64,000 bases of DNA from the human T2T-CHM13v2.0 reference genome, Homo sapiens. The position numbers and the translations under genes are program-made. The stretch is from the NCBI RefSeq assembly GCF_009914755.1, contig NC_060934.1. One strand, written 5' to 3'. The notes under the pieces are model-generated. The model was given only the letters and a program-made list of their open reading frames with translations, did not search any database and had not been told where the DNA came from. Positions 15,374 to 29,979 of this stretch are shown here, piece by piece; position 1 is the stretch's first letter; each line of letters starts with the position of its first letter.

Positions 15374-15862
15374 TGTATGAATTCCCTATGACTGCTGTAA
15401 CAAATTATCAAAAATACAATGGCTTAAAACAACATAAATACCTTCTGTATCAGTGCTGCAGGCTAGAATCTAACATAGCTCTCCCTGGGCTATAGTCAAG
15501 TTGTGAGCATGGCTGGTTCCTTTCTGGAGGCTCCAGAGGATAATCTGTTTCCCTGCCTTTTCCAGCTTCCAGAGGCCACCCACATTCCCTGGCTGGTGGC
15601 CACCTTTATCCATCTTCAAAGCCAGCAACAGTGCATGTCTCTAACCATTCTTCACTAGCTGTGGCTTCCTCTGACCATAGCAGTGCCCCTTTTAACCCAT
15701 GTGATGAGATTGGACTCACGTGGATAATTCAGGCTCTTCTCTCCATCAAGATCTTTAACTGAATCACATCTAAAAAGTCGCTTTTGCCATGTAAGGTGAC
15801 ATATTCACAGGTTCTGAAGATTAGTATGTGAATGTCCTATGAGAGGATTTCTGCCTACAACA
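15374..15862 (-). mobile_element. MLT1C/D-type MaLR LTR
   Basis: CTGCTGTAACAAATTA...GGCTTAAAACAAC...TTCTGCCTACAACA pattern. Confidence 0.75.
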
Positions 15863-16492
15863 AGAACCCCACTCTGATTCTGGCTCTACTCCAAGACTCA
15901 TTCCAGATCCCTTTCTATTCTGACCCAGGCTTGACGATCCAGTCTTGTCCTGCCACCTGGGTCCCAACAGGACAAAACAATGGTTCCCTAATTCCATTCA
16001 ACAAATAGAAAGCTTAGGGCACAGTAAGAAAGCCACAGCCACAAAAATTAAGTCTCTGTATACACTCACAAACACCAGTCTGTCTCCCAAAGTGGACATA
16101 GAGTTCAAATTTCCTTAAGAAAATTCCTCCCACTTGACAAATCAATGTTTGACTTCATGGTCCACTTACCATAATTAGGGTTTCCTGGTACTTCTCAAAA
16201 CATTCAGCTCCTTCTACACAATGTTAGAAGTTGCATTCCTGGAAGAGGCACATACTATGTTTTACCCTAGTAAGCCTGACTGGCAAGAACTGACAGGTCA
16301 TAGGATCGGCCACTGGAGACTTCTGAAAACTCTTCTGATTCCAGCCCAAGGCTCAATATGCTCTTCTGAGCATTCTGCCAACCACGTAAGTGTGTTCCCA
16401 CAGCACCGTGGAATGTCAATTTCCTCACATGTCAGGAAGGCAGGTATACCAATTGTATTTGACTAGGAAGGGACACTATGTCTGCATGTCCA

Positions 16493-16700
16493 ACAATGGC
16501 TGTCAAATGGGGGTAATGTTGTCCTCCAGGGGACATTTGACAATGTCTGGAGACAATGGGTAAGGTGCTACAACTGGGGACATCTAGTGGGTGGAGGCCA
16601 AGGATGCTGCTAAAAACCTCCTAAAATGCATTAGACAGACTCTCATAGCAAAGAATTATCTGTCCCATTGTGCCAATTGTGCTAAGTTTGGGAAACCCAT
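16493..16700 (+). mobile_element. MER20 (hAT)
   Basis: GGGGACATTTGACAATGTCTGGAGAC...GAGGCCAAGGATGCTGCTAAA. Confidence 0.75.
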
Positions 16701-17559
16701 TCTAAACAATTCAAATAACAAGATGTTAATTCTCCATTTGATTTGCTCAAAACTGTTGAGGAAAGGGTAAATGTCATTGGCAATTTATGAGTGAGGAAAC
16801 TAGAGTACAGACTTCCCAGGGACTTATAACATTTTAAACACCAGAATAATTATTAGATAAGACAGGTTTCTTCAACACATTCCTGTTGATTTGCCTAAAA
16901 GAGCAGGAAGGATTCAGAACCAGATGTGTGACCAATGAAAAAGGTAACAGCTTAAACAGTTTTCCACAATGGAGCTCAGCTACCTGAAAGACACATGCCA
17001 CAAATAGCTGTTGAATAAACAGAAATTGGTTTCTCCAAAGTATCTGAACACAATTTATCCTCAAGTGTCCTGGACAAAGTTAACCTGTTCCTTTACTTAA
17101 CAAAACTTTTCTTTATAGACAGTGCAAACTTCAGCTCAAATCTTTCTCATACTAGCATATAAGCCACTCTTTCTCTTCACCCTTGCACCAAATACTTGTC
17201 AATACCAGGTAGAGGGAGTGTGCCAGGCACTGGGGTACAGTGAATCCCAAAGCAAACCTAGAGGCTAGCTGCAGGGAGCCTACAGTCTAGTGGAGAACAT
17301 AGAGATTGCATACTAACTATAAAATTAATGAATGAACTGCAATTGTGATATTGTTCAAAGGAGAAAATACAGAGTGCTTGTAAATCGGGGGTGAGGGCTA
17401 GCTTAATCTAGGGCGAGTTGGGGGAGGCACTTCTCGGGAGGTGATATTTGAGCTAAAGAGTCAAGATGAACTAACTAGGTGAGGATTGGGTGGCATTTCA
17501 TTTTAAGCCAGAAAAAAATTTATACAAGAGAATATGCAAATAATAATTTCAAAAAAGTA

Positions 17560-17581
17560 GGCAGCAGAAAATGGACCTGAA

Positions 17582-17612
<31 letters not shown>

Positions 17613-18830
17613 GAATTTTCCAGAATTGAAAAACTTTATCGAGAAGGAATAACTCAAAGCTTTAGAAGCTTGCCTACCCTCAGACCTCTACTCTGTAGCA
17701 CTGAAGACAATGGAAAGTATTGAAAAATGCCTCACAATTTCCAGAGATGACAGATATGGGGTTTCTTTTTGGTATAATAAAAATGTTCTAAAATTGATTG
17801 CATTGATGATTGCACAACCTTAGGAATATATTAAAAACTGCTGAGTTGTACACATTAAATGGCTGAGCTATATGGTAGGGGAATTATATCTCAATAAAGC
17901 TGTTAAAAATTCTTGGGGAAAATTATTTCCAAAATACAACCAAGAGTGATATCAACAAAAATGCATTTTCAGACGTTCAAGAAATCTAAAATTTTACCTC
18001 CCAAGCTCCATTTCCAGAAGATATGTACCATCGAAATAAAGGAAAAACAGAGAGCTGTAGGAGCTAAGAAACAGATTTAACTCAGGAGAGAGGTGAAAAG
18101 AATTCTAAGATGAATGGTGAATGGACAAGAGCCATGTAGAGGCCTGGGAACCAAATCAGTTCAGAGGCCAGCAGACACCAGATGGCTCCAGGAGGGATAT
18201 CTCAGGAAGAAAATGAAAAAGTGGATTGCTAATATGTATGGATATATTAAGAGGAGATTTTTGCGTCTGTCAGAAAGCTTTGGAATTAACTAGTAAGAGG
18301 TACCTAGAAAACCATTAAAAATAAGTGATTATTACCTCCAGTAAAAGAAAAAAGGTTGCACAGGGAAGGAAATTTAACTAGAGTACACTATTTGACCTGG
18401 CTTGTAAACAACAATTCAATAATAACTATTGTGTAAAAAATCAACACTGATTTAACAAAACTTGGCAATATAACTGTTTTGGAAGGATAAGAAAATAAAG
18501 AGAGACAGAGATAGAGAGAAAGAGACAAAATGAGAAAGAGAAAAAAAGTGTGTGTGTTAGAGGTTGGTCAATAAGAGACAAATTCTCTCTTTTCATAGTG
18601 GAATGTCAGAAGATGATAACTAATTTAAAAGAATCTGGGGAAAGAGTACTAAAAGCATTTTATTCCAAAATATTGAGATTAAGAAAAAGAAAACAGAAGA
18701 AACAGCTAATGGGTTTGCAATTGTTGTCTTGGGAGACCAGAATTGAAACTGAGAAAAGTATGAGACATGGGCCACCATGTTTTATTAAAAGTAGCATTAT
18801 TTGGCCTTTTAAACTACAAAATAATTTTTA
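17560..18830 (+). mobile_element. HAL1/L1M-type LINE fragment, with an (AAT)n repeat (17582-17612) and a nested L1M 3' end (17749-17909)
   Basis: CATTTTCAGACG...TTTACCTCCCA segment shared with 40860-41640; nested piece ends ATCTCAATAAAGCTGTTAAAAA. Confidence 0.6.
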
Positions 18831-21800
18831 ATTAAAAAATCAATCCACTTCACTCCCTTGGCACGTTTTCAGCTTTTCCACTCATTTTAGGGTCATTTTC
18901 TTCCAATGCATGCAAGGATTGTGGCCAATTTATACCTCTGTTACACATTCAGAGAAGGACTAAAAAGCAAAATTTCTTTTTCTTCTTAAGAGTTCATATT
19001 TTACTATGTTTCTCTGGAGAGAAAGTCAGTGGAAGTTTATGTGAATAAAATTGGAAAGCATTTTGCTTTTTACTTTCCATTGCCTGGCTTGTGTTCTAAA
19101 TGTATTGCCAATTGACCACTCTGCTGGCTGTGCTAATGTTATTTTTCAGATGGACTTTAAAGAAAAACTGGAGATCAGAATGTTATTAGAAAAGAAGAAA
19201 AATATTGACTTCTGTGAAAGTTAGCAAATATTTCATCTGTCAAAAATGCTTACAAAAATCATAGGCTCAACCATTCCTTCAACCTGGATTGAAGCTAACA
19301 CAGCATAAAAGATATTCCCACAGAGAGAGATCTTCATTGAAAATAAAGAAGCTTCCTAGCAGGCATGAAAGATGGTACTGAGTGAGCAAAATCCACACCA
19401 TGAGAGTTGTATATTCTCAAGACCAGCTGGCGTGCTGAGAGCAAGCAGGGAGATTTGCTGCAGTCAACCTGTAGTGCTGGATGGCATCCTGGAAAGATCA
19501 GGGACTTTCAAGCCAGGCAGAACTGGGCTCAAAGACTTGCTCTGCCACATCCTAACTATGCCACCTCCAGTGGTTGTGGTTCTCTGTAGCAATAAGTTGA
19601 TAAATCCTAACTTCAAGGGATGTGGTAGGGAACACAGTTAACAATACTTACTATTACAGTAGCTCAACACATGGTAGTTATTGTCATCATGACCATTTTG
19701 TAATGAAATATGACATCTCCCCGCCCTGAATGACACACAGGGACTCAGGCATTCAACTGACTGCCATTTTGCCACTTCCAGTGGGAAGGCAAGGCCAATG
19801 TACAGAAACATGCACCTGGAGGAATCATGTCTTTTCCTGTTTGAAAGTCTACCTTTCTCTCAAATCAAAATTACCCAACATGGCTTAGAAATTGGACACT
19901 TACCGGAAATTCCGAAAAGACCAGAAACTTCTGGAGGATTCTGAGGGGAAAACATTTACCTTCTGGATCTAAACTGGCCACAATTCTGAATGAGCCTCAT
20001 ACTGTGGACAATCTAGTGGCTAGATTACATGTAGGCCTCACACCATGTGCTCTATCCACACATACAGTGTGTATGTGTGTATGTACTCATTAGAGAAGAG
20101 ACAGAGAGGAAGGGGGCAGGGTGAAATGCCCGTATATAAGGCCAAAGTCATCTTGGGTCATGCATGATGAGTTTCCCAGCACGTTAATGTTTGCACTAAC
20201 AAGTATCAGACAGCAAATGGAAGAAGACATGCTAACTCAGCTGAATGCAGCAGGCCGTGGAGGAATACGGCACAGACCTGATGCCTGTTCTCCCCATCTT
20301 CTTCTCTCTCCTCACTTTGCCATGTGTTCTCCCTTGGAAATATTTACTGTACAGTTAGTTACCGCCTTTGTGCAAGAGAAACAAACACAAGACAATGAAC
20401 CAATGAACCTTCATCTCTGGCATCACAGCACTTGAACTAGCGTTCACAGCTGCTAAACCTCACCTTGCCTTCCACTGATGATGCCCATCTGTCCTTGTCT
20501 CCATAAGCATCACACAGCAGTCTCAACCCTTCCAAGCTACCTTCACCTTTTGTTAAAAAAAGAGTTCTCTATAAATTTGAATATAGAGTATAACACATCT
20601 TTAACTACCTTAATATTTTTATTAAGATTATTGTCACTTTTAGTAGTGTTCTGGTTCCCAGTTGCTTGGGTTTTTTGAGGTCTTCCCAAAGAAGCTCCCT
20701 TACTTTCAGTGCACAAATTTTGCAGAATGTGAGGTTTTAAAGACTGGTATATTACCACAGAAACAGCTCTTCTGGGTGAGAAGAGCTCCATGGTTTTCCT
20801 CACACCCCTCAGCTGGCTCTGATGTGAACATCTCCTGTCATAATCACTTTCCATTGCACAGCATCATGTAGTTCCAGCAATCAGTACAAACATCTACTGG
20901 ATGGTGACGATGGGCCAGACACAATTCTAAACTACTATACTTGTTTTATTTCATTTAATCAACACTATGAGGTATCATTATTATTCCTGCTTTACAGATA
21001 AGGAAACTGAAGCACATGAAATCAAGTAACTTGCTCTCAGTCACACAGAAAGTGGCAAACTTCTTCACTGCTAAGCTTACTCCCCCTTCAATGACAGGAA
21101 GACACCACCTGGCAGGATTTTCATCTCCCCTGCAAGATTATGCTTCTGAGCACGGAAGGTTAAGAGCACTTCCCAGTTCACTCACAGGTAGAATGAGGCT
21201 CCAAACCCAGGCATCCTGGTCACTATACTGTGCTACTAACAGCAGAAGAAAGGGAAGGGAAGTTGAAAGATATCAAAGCTAATAAATAAGTAGTGGAGGT
21301 ACAGGAACATTTAACAATGCAAAGGTAAACACTAAGAATGGTAATGAATCAGCTAAAATTGGAAGGAGGAGTAGAGGAAGGGGACAGGGTATGAAGGATT
21401 ACACAAATTTAACCATTGTTCATAATAGGATGTTAATAGTATCTGAAGAAATACTGTATTGAGCATTATATAAAATTATAGTCATAATTTTATGACTATA
21501 AAATTAGAGAGAGGCCTTCTTAACTATCAGAGGAAACACAGTCCTATGCTGATACACAAGAAACACACAAAGCGATTCAGAAAAGTTGAAATCGACTTAC
21601 GGACACACAGAAAGCATGCCAAGAATGCATTTGTAAAACCTGAAGGTGGAATTCAGGGCCAAAAGCATCAAGTCAGACAAATAATGGTATTACATTATTC
21701 CAAAAGACACAGCTCACAATAAGGCATTAAACAGTTATGAATATCTATGCACTAAAACATAGCATCGACATTAATGAAAAAAATTATAGAAAAATACAGG

Positions 21801-22741
21801 GAGGGATAAAGACAAACTCTCTAGACTGTAATGGGTCATTAGTATGAAGGAAACTAAATATCATAATTAATAAGGTAAATCTAATTAATAGACTTGAAGT
21901 TCTGTAGTCTAAAAACAAAAATCATCTTTCTTTTCAAGCATTCGTGGAGCATTCACAGAAACTCTCCCTATTTTAGGCCTCAGAAGAAACTTCCAAAACA
22001 TCAAGAAATTAGAAAGTAGAGACAACATTATCTGATGCAATGAGAAATGTATTAATAAAAATTAAAAATCCAAAAACCTCCCCCAGGGGAAATGTAAATC
22101 AGTCTCTTAGACAATCTTGGACTAAATAGAAAAATCAGAAGAAGCCTCCTGAAACCATGCCTAAATGTATTCAGAACACAGAAAATGAAGGAAGATTTCA
22201 TACCAAAAACCAACAAAGATTGCCCACCAAAAGTAAACCTTTACCATACTGTCATGTGTGAATAGTGATGCAAAAATCATAAATAAAATAGTAGCAAACA
22301 ATATCATTTACAATTGCTCAAAAAGACAAAATACTTAGACGTAAACCTAACAAAAGGTTTACAAAAAAGCACAGAAAACGGGACTCGCATGCTGAAAACT
22401 GTAAAATTCTGATGAAAGAAAACAAAGAAGATTTAAATAAATGGAAAAATATCCCATGTTCATGGTTTGGAAGATTCAACATGGTAAAGATGCTATCTAC
22501 AAAGGTACACACAGCTTTACTGCAATTCCTACCAAGTTCCTAGTAAGATGTTTTTGTAGCTATAAACAAGATTATTTTAAAATTAATATAGAAAAGCAAA
22601 GGAGCAAGAATAGCTAAAACAATTTCTTAAAAGAATGAAGTGGGAAAACCAGCCTCCCCAGTTTCAAGATATTATATAGCTACAGTCATCAGGACTGTAT
22701 GATAGTAAGGGTTCTGTGGAACAGAACAGAAAAATAAATCA

Positions 22742-23053
22742 GGGTGGGCAAGGTGGCTCACACCTGTAATCCCAACACTTGGAGAGGCCAAGGCAGGTGG
22801 ATTACCTAAGCCCAGGAATTTGAGACTAGCCAGGGTAATATAGTGAGACCCTGTCTCTACAAAAAATTTTAAAAACAAAAATTAGCCAGATGTTGTGGTG
22901 CATGCCTCTAGTCCTTGCTTCTCGGGAGGCTGAGTCAGGAAGATTGCTTCAGCCTGGGAGGTTGAGGCTACAGTGAGTCATGATTGTGCCACTGCACTAT
23001 AGCCTAGGTAACAGAGCAAGACCTCACCTCAAAAAAAAGAAAAAAGAAAAAAA
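22742..23053 (+). mobile_element. AluJ
   Basis: Dimeric Alu with J-type GCCCAGGAATTTGAG...ATAGTGAGACCC and A-tail. Confidence 0.88.
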
Positions 23054-23194
23054 GTTAAAGAAAGAGAAATAAATCCATACAAATATGTCCAACCGATTGT
23101 TTACAAGTGCAAAATCAATCTGATGGTGGAAGGATAGATCTTTTCAACAATTGGTACTGAAGCAATTAAGTATTTATAAGCAAAATAAACCAAC

Positions 23195-23538
23195 TGATAT
23201 GGTTTGGCTGTGTCCCCACCCAAATCTCATCTTGAATTGTAGCTCCCACAATTCCCATGTGTCATGAGAGGGACCTGGTGGGACGTAATTGAATCATAGG
23301 GGCAGGTCTTTTCCATGCTGTTCTCATGATAGTGAATAAGCCTCATGAGATCTGATGGTTTTATAAATAGGAGTTTGCCTGCACAAGCTCTCTCTTGCCT
23401 GCCACCATGTAAGATGTTCCTTGCTCTTCCACCATGATTGTGAGGCCTCCCCAGCCATGTGGAACTGTGAGTCAATTAAACCTCTTTCCTGGTTTCTCTG
23501 GTATGTCTTTATCAGCAGCATGAAAACAAACTAATACA
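23195..23538 (+). mobile_element. THE1B-type solo LTR
   Basis: TGATATGGTTTGGCTGTGTCCCCACCCAAATCTC...CTAATACA. Confidence 0.9.
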
Positions 23539-24235
23539 CAAACCTTGACCTAAATCTCACCTTTTATATAAAAATTAACTCAAAATGGATAATAGCATTA
23601 AATGTAAAACATAAAACAATAAAACTTGTAGAAGATAAAAGAAAGATGTTTGAGATCTAGGGCTTGATAAAAGAAATTCTTAAACATGACACCAAAAGCA
23701 CAATTCATAAAAGCAGGAAATTGAACTTGGTTGAAATTTAAAACTTTTGCTCTGCAAAGTTGATGTGAAGCCAACCTAAGAAGACAGAAAGACAAAATAT
23801 TGACTGGGAGAAAATATTTACAAACCACATGTCCAACAAAAGACATATATCAAAAATCTGCTAGATGAAGAACTCTCAAGAGTGAAAACGTAAACAATGC
23901 AACTAGAACATGGACAAAAGACAGGAAGAAACATTTCACTAAAAAGGATATCTAGATGGCAAATAAGCACATAAAAACACATTCAACATCGCTAGCTATT
24001 AAAGAAATGCAAATTAAGATGGTGACGAGATATCATTACGCACCTGTCAGAATGGCTAAAATAAAAAATAGTGATAAGATTAAATGCTGGTGAGGATGCC
24101 CAGAAACTGGATCACTCAGACATTGCTGGTGGAAAGATAAAGTGAACAGTCACTCAAGGAAACAGTTTGGCAGTGTCTTACAAAACTGAATACGCAATGA
24201 ACAGACAAATGTGTATAACCAACGTGGAAAAAAAA

Positions 24236-24323
24236 TTTTTTTTTTTTTTGAGACAGAGTCTCCCTCTATTGCCTCGGCCTCCCAAAGTGCTGGGTTTATA
24301 GGCATGAGCCACTGCACCCAACC
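24236..24323 (-). mobile_element. Internally collapsed Alu remnant
   Basis: Poly-T plus the 3' terminal ~25 nt joined directly to the 5' terminal ~50 nt. Confidence 0.8.
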
Positions 24324-25712
24324 CAAACAAACAACAACAACAACAAAATTAAACACAAACAGTACCAGGAGTAAAAAGAAATATCTGAACAAATGGAAAA
24401 GTCAACATCATGTCTTTAGAGAGGAAGACACTGATCTCAGATATGCCAATTCTCCCTCAGTCCCTCAAGTTAAGGCAATCCCCTAAAAGATCAACAGAAA
24501 TTTTTCATGGAGATAATTTGGACCTTATTGAAAACTTTGTATGAAAGAGAATATAGCAAGAATAGCCAGAAAAAGTCTGAAAAGATTAATAAGGAGAAAG
24601 AACTAAGTCCATGGGATAGCAAAACAATGCACACTATAATAACCACAGCCATGTAGTTCTGGCAAATAAAAACAGAACAATGTGACAGAATAAAAAACCC
24701 AAAAGTAAACCCCACAATAGACAGGAATGTAGGCTATCCTGGGGGTGGCATTTCGGTTGGAAAAAATATGGATCACATAATAATGTTGGGATTTCCTGGA
24801 AGCCATTTGAGAAAAAAAAAAAAAAAGCTTGATATGTTACATATACCCTACACCAAAATAAATTCCAGATGGTTCAAAGATGTCAATGTAAAAATTGAAA
24901 TAATAAATGTACTAGAAGAAAATATAAGGAAAATTATTTATGTGTTTAGAAGGGGTAAGGGCTTTCTTACTCCTTCTAAAGTATGACATATCTTAAGAAA
25001 CTGATGATATTAACCATATAGAAATTCAAAATTTTTGCACAGCAAAAGGTGCCATAAGCAAAGTGACAAGAAAGGGAATAATTGGGGAAATACGAGTAGC
25101 TCAAATCACAGTCAAAGAATAATTTGGAGGGATGCAAGGTAAGATTGAGGAGCTACCTCAATCATGCAGGTCTACCATGCTGGAGTTTCACAGCAATCAC
25201 CTTGCTGGTTAGACCTTCTCCCTCCAACTCCCCAAATCCGTGCAAGCAGCCATCATCAGCTACAGCAAACACCACCAGATGTGGCAAGTGGGCAGAGTCA
25301 GTCACATAAAAGGAGCGCTAGTAGTCCCCAACCTTCATTTGTGCAAGGCACTGGCTGTTGCCCACCTCTACACACAAGTAGGGAAAGCACTATTAAATCC
25401 CTTTCTACTCAGAGCAAAGAGTCCCAGAAGCTTTCCTCGTTTTTTAGGCCAGTTCTCTGCTGGAACCATGAGGAAGCTGGCCGCCTCCTCTTCCTGTCCA
25501 TCACCTCCTGACAGCTGCATTCCAACAGGTTAGCGGGCTTGAATCTTACCCATGGCCAAATTATAACTTTGGGCAGGACTGCTGATTCCAGGAGGGCTGG
25601 GCTTGCCTTTTGCAGCTGCTGGGAATAATATGCAAAAAAAAAATGAAAATGTTATCTTATGTCTACAATAAGCATGGGTGCACACAACACTTGAAACATG
25701 AGTATGCACTCA

Positions 25713-25772
<60 letters not shown>

Positions 25773-25790
25773 TTTCTCTCTCTCTTTCTT
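25713..25790 (+). repeat. Compound (TC)n(TG)n microsatellite
   Basis: About 10 TC units, about 19 TG units, then a TC-rich tail. Confidence 0.95.
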
Positions 25791-26309
25791 TGCTGGAACT
25801 CTAATCATGTAGTTAAATGGCTCTGCCATGTTCTCAGTACAGCCAAATGTGGGACACTGTGTGAACTGTTGATTTATTGGATTTTTCACTGTGGACTGGT
25901 TACCATGGCTTTTTGAGAATTCAGACCACAGGAGGAAATGCTGTAAACTTAGAAATATTATCTATTCTCCATTACCTCCAGCAAAAATATCTATCAGGCA
26001 GAAAGCTGGCGAAATGCCACTTTGGGGGCCAAGTCACAATAAATTTGGGTACAGGGTGAAGCAGTTCCTAAACAGCCCCAGTGCAGAGAACTAAAAGTAC
26101 CAAGGTACTGAAAGCCCCCAAAATCTGGAATAGTTGCTTGAGGGACTGGGAAGAGAGAAACCCAGGAAAGAACTCATAAGAATCCTAAAGAAGAGAGAGA
26201 AGTGGGTCAGCCCTGCCTCTGTCCAGTGTTGAGCAGGCACTGCCTACAGCTGGGAGCTCCAGGACCCATGACCCAGTATCGGACAGCCAGGCATAGAGGA
26301 GGCTGGTCA

Positions 26310-27121
26310 AGTCATTTGAGGACTTTCATGTGCCCTCGGCACTTTGCCTTTTGTGGGCACCATTAATTTACTATTGCTGACACAAACTTAGTGGTTTAAA
26401 CCACAGACATTTATTCTCTTATGGTTCTGGCGGTCAGAAGTCCTAAAATCAGGGCTGCATTCCTCCTGTGGGCCCTGAAGAGAGTCCCTGTTCTTGCCTT
26501 TTCCAATGTCTGCAGGCCACCCCTGCCTTGTTGTAGGTCTCCTCCTCCATCTTCAAAGCCAACCATAGCCAAGCCCTTCTCAAGTTGCCATATCTCTGTT
26601 ATTTCCTCCTGTCTCTTCTTCCATATTTAAGAACCCTAGTGATTACATTGGGCCTACCCAGATCATCCAGAAAAATCTTTTCTACCCTAAAGTCAAGCAA
26701 TTAGCAGCCTTAATTTCATCTGCAAACTTAATTCTTTGCCATGTAACCAACCATATTCACAGGTTCCAAGCATTAAGATAATGACATCCTGTGGGTGGAG
26801 GCCGGGGGTGGGGGGCGTGCCAGGGGGTGGGGGTTGTGGGGGCGGGGGTGGGGTGGGGAACAGACTGGTGCAGGGCAGTGGTGTGATTATTTTGCCAACC
26901 ATGGGCCCCTTCCTCCAAAAAGAAAAGTTTTAAATATATTTTATGACTATGGTGGTATAAAGATGAATATATTAACATTACATATTAGAATGTTTTCTTC
27001 AACCTACAAGTTTGGGGGTTTTCTTTTGATTTTAAAAGAAATTAAATGCTTTCATGGGCCCCTAAAGGTCATGAGGCCCCAGGAACTGCATCTCCTGCAT
27101 CTGAACGGTAAGTCAGCCCTG
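26310..27121 (-). mobile_element. MER96B-like hAT element split by an MLT1 LTR
   Basis: GGCACTTTGCCTTTTGTGGGC on the left; GGGCCCCTTCCTCC...AAGTCAGCCCTG on the right. Confidence 0.65.
26363..26901 (-). mobile_element. MLT1D-type LTR
   Basis: ACAAACTTAGTGGTTTAAA...AATTTCATCTGCAAACTTAATTC...CATATTCACAGGTTCC. Confidence 0.7.
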
Positions 27122-27324
27122 GGGGAGCCATGCAATGGCCCCAGCCCCAACTCAGAAGCACTCAGATGAAGCACATACAAGACCAGGCCTGTGGAGGTGT
27201 CTACACTTGCACAGGCCTCACAACACAGGAGAAAGCCTTGAGCAATAGTGTTGTGGGGAGGGATGTGCACTGGACAGGGAGGAGGGGGCAGAAAGGACAG
27301 GATTTTACTATGAGGCAAAGTAGG

Positions 27325-28013
<689 letters not shown>

Positions 28014-28769
28014 GAAGGTTAAGCCACGTTACTTGGGCTTTCTAAACCTGTTTTCTTATGCATACAATGAGAGAAGAAAGGAACCCATGTGGGCAGGGTT
28101 ACAATGAACAGCATAGGAGGTAACACAGGCAAAGTGCCCAGCCGCCCTGGTGTAGGGAACCCATGTGCTTTTATTTTTAAAAAGTTCCTGCCGGCCAAAT
28201 TTATGCCAACAAAATACAGATGTGTCACAGGAATGTTTTCATAAAATGTCAGATGCTACTTCTTAGCTGCAACATAATTCAGTTGCCAGGCCTTTCCTGG
28301 GTGCCCTCTGGAGGCACTGGGGGTGCTGGAGGTCCCAGCTAGGGATAAATAGGGCTTGGAGGTGCTCAGAGGTAAGATGAGGCCACCCGGTAAATGAGAG
28401 AAGCTTCAGCTTATTGTGTCTCTGCCATGTGTCCAGACCGCACTCATGGCTTTCCACAGGCATCTCAGCAACACTCAGCAAGCTGAAAGAATGAGGCATC
28501 TCCTCTTCGCACAGTCCAGGAAACTGAGGCTTGGAAGGGCAAGATGGCCACTGGCCCACCCACCTACTCAAGGCCGGTGGCAACTGCCTCCCAGTTAACG
28601 CCACTAGGACCACACAGAGCAAGTGAGAGCCATCAGAGAACCGAGGATGTGGTCCGAGCACATTTCGGCTTAGCTGGAGATAAGATAGAGGAATGGGGTA
28701 GGGGCAGTGCTGGCACGAGAATAGGACCCTCTACGAAAGGGAAGGAGACCTAAGGAAACAGCAGCAACA

Positions 28770-29000
28770 GCAGACCCCTTACAGGGCACTTGCTACATGC
28801 CAAGGACAATCTTAACTGCTTGATGTGAATTAACTCATTTAATCCCCACAACAACCCTATGTGGTAGCTGCTATTACATCTCCATCTTACAGATGAAGAA
28901 ACTGAGGCCCGAAAGGCTCAGAAATAGGTTCAAGGATGTGCAGCTCGGTAGGTCTGGAATCCCAGTCTCACTCCAGAATCTGAGCTCTTATTCACTCTGA
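28770..29000 (-). mobile_element. MIR
   Basis: Core CCATCTTACAGATGAAGAAACTGAGGC; similar cores near 4500, 20990, 34060 and 49350. Confidence 0.75.
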
Positions 29001-29534
29001 CACCGGTGAGGACCTGGTAATCGGGGACAGAGAGCAAAGGAGCGGAGCTGCATCCCCACAGGACGTCCAGGAGCAGGTTTCCTCCCAGTGCTTTCTGCAC
29101 TAAAGAGCCCCCGCTATGCTAGGTGGACTCTGGCTTGTCTCCAGAGGAGACAGTGTCAGGAGGGGCTGGTCACAGAGACCTGCCCTGTGCAGGGCTCTAA
29201 TCTAGCACTGGAGATTCAAGGGCAGACAACCCTGCCTGCTCCCCAGGAGCAACGTCAGGGTAAGTACAAACAAATAGATAGGTGGTCAAATAAAGCCAAG
29301 AGAGGACATGAAGCAACTGAGGCTGGGTTTTAAAAGGTGGGCAAAGAAGGCCTCTGAGCACAAGGAGGGTTGTGCCTGCAGGCAGAGGAAATGGCAAAGT
29401 GCAAAGGCTCCAGGGCAGCAGCAGGCCTGGTGTGTTTGTGGAACAAAAAGGATGCTCCTGGGCTGGAGTGCCATGAGCGAAGGGAATGACATCAGATGGG
29501 CAGTAGGAGCCAGTCTCCATAGGCCCTTGTGGGT

Positions 29535-29979
29535 TGCTATAGTCTGGCTGTTTGACCTCTCCTAATGTCATGTGGAAATCTGATCCCGTGTTGGAGGTGC
29601 AGCTTAATGGGAGGTGTCTGGGTCATAGGGACAGATCCTTCGTGAATAGAGTAATGCCCTCCTTGGTGGGGGTGCAGGGGGTGCTGAGTGACTTCTTGCT
29701 CTATTAGTTTCCCCAAGCTTCCATGACAGCTGGTTGTTAAAAGAAGCCTGGCACCTTTCCCCTCTCTCTTGCCTCCCCTCTCCCCATGTGATCTCTGCAC
29801 ACACAAGCTCCCCTTCACCTTCCGACTTGAGTGGGAGCAGCCTGAGGCTTTCACCAGATGCAGATGCAGGCACCATGCTTCTTGCACAACTGCTGAATCA
29901 TGCACCAAATAAACCTCTTTTCTTTATAAATTATCCAGCCTCAGATATTCCTCTATAGCAACACCAATGGACTAAGACA
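29535..29979 (+). mobile_element. MSTB/MSTC-type solo LTR
   Basis: TGCTATAGTCTGG...GGACTAAGACA; perfect TSD TGGGT. Confidence 0.85.

Larger units (their letters stand above)
21300..25120 (+). mobile_element. Composite old L1M(B/E) ORF2 and 3' fragments
   Basis: L1 ORF2 motifs (AAGATTTAAATAAATGG...CCATGTTCATGG, GAAATGCAAATTAAG); hosts an AluJ, a THE1 and an Alu remnant. Confidence 0.75.
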
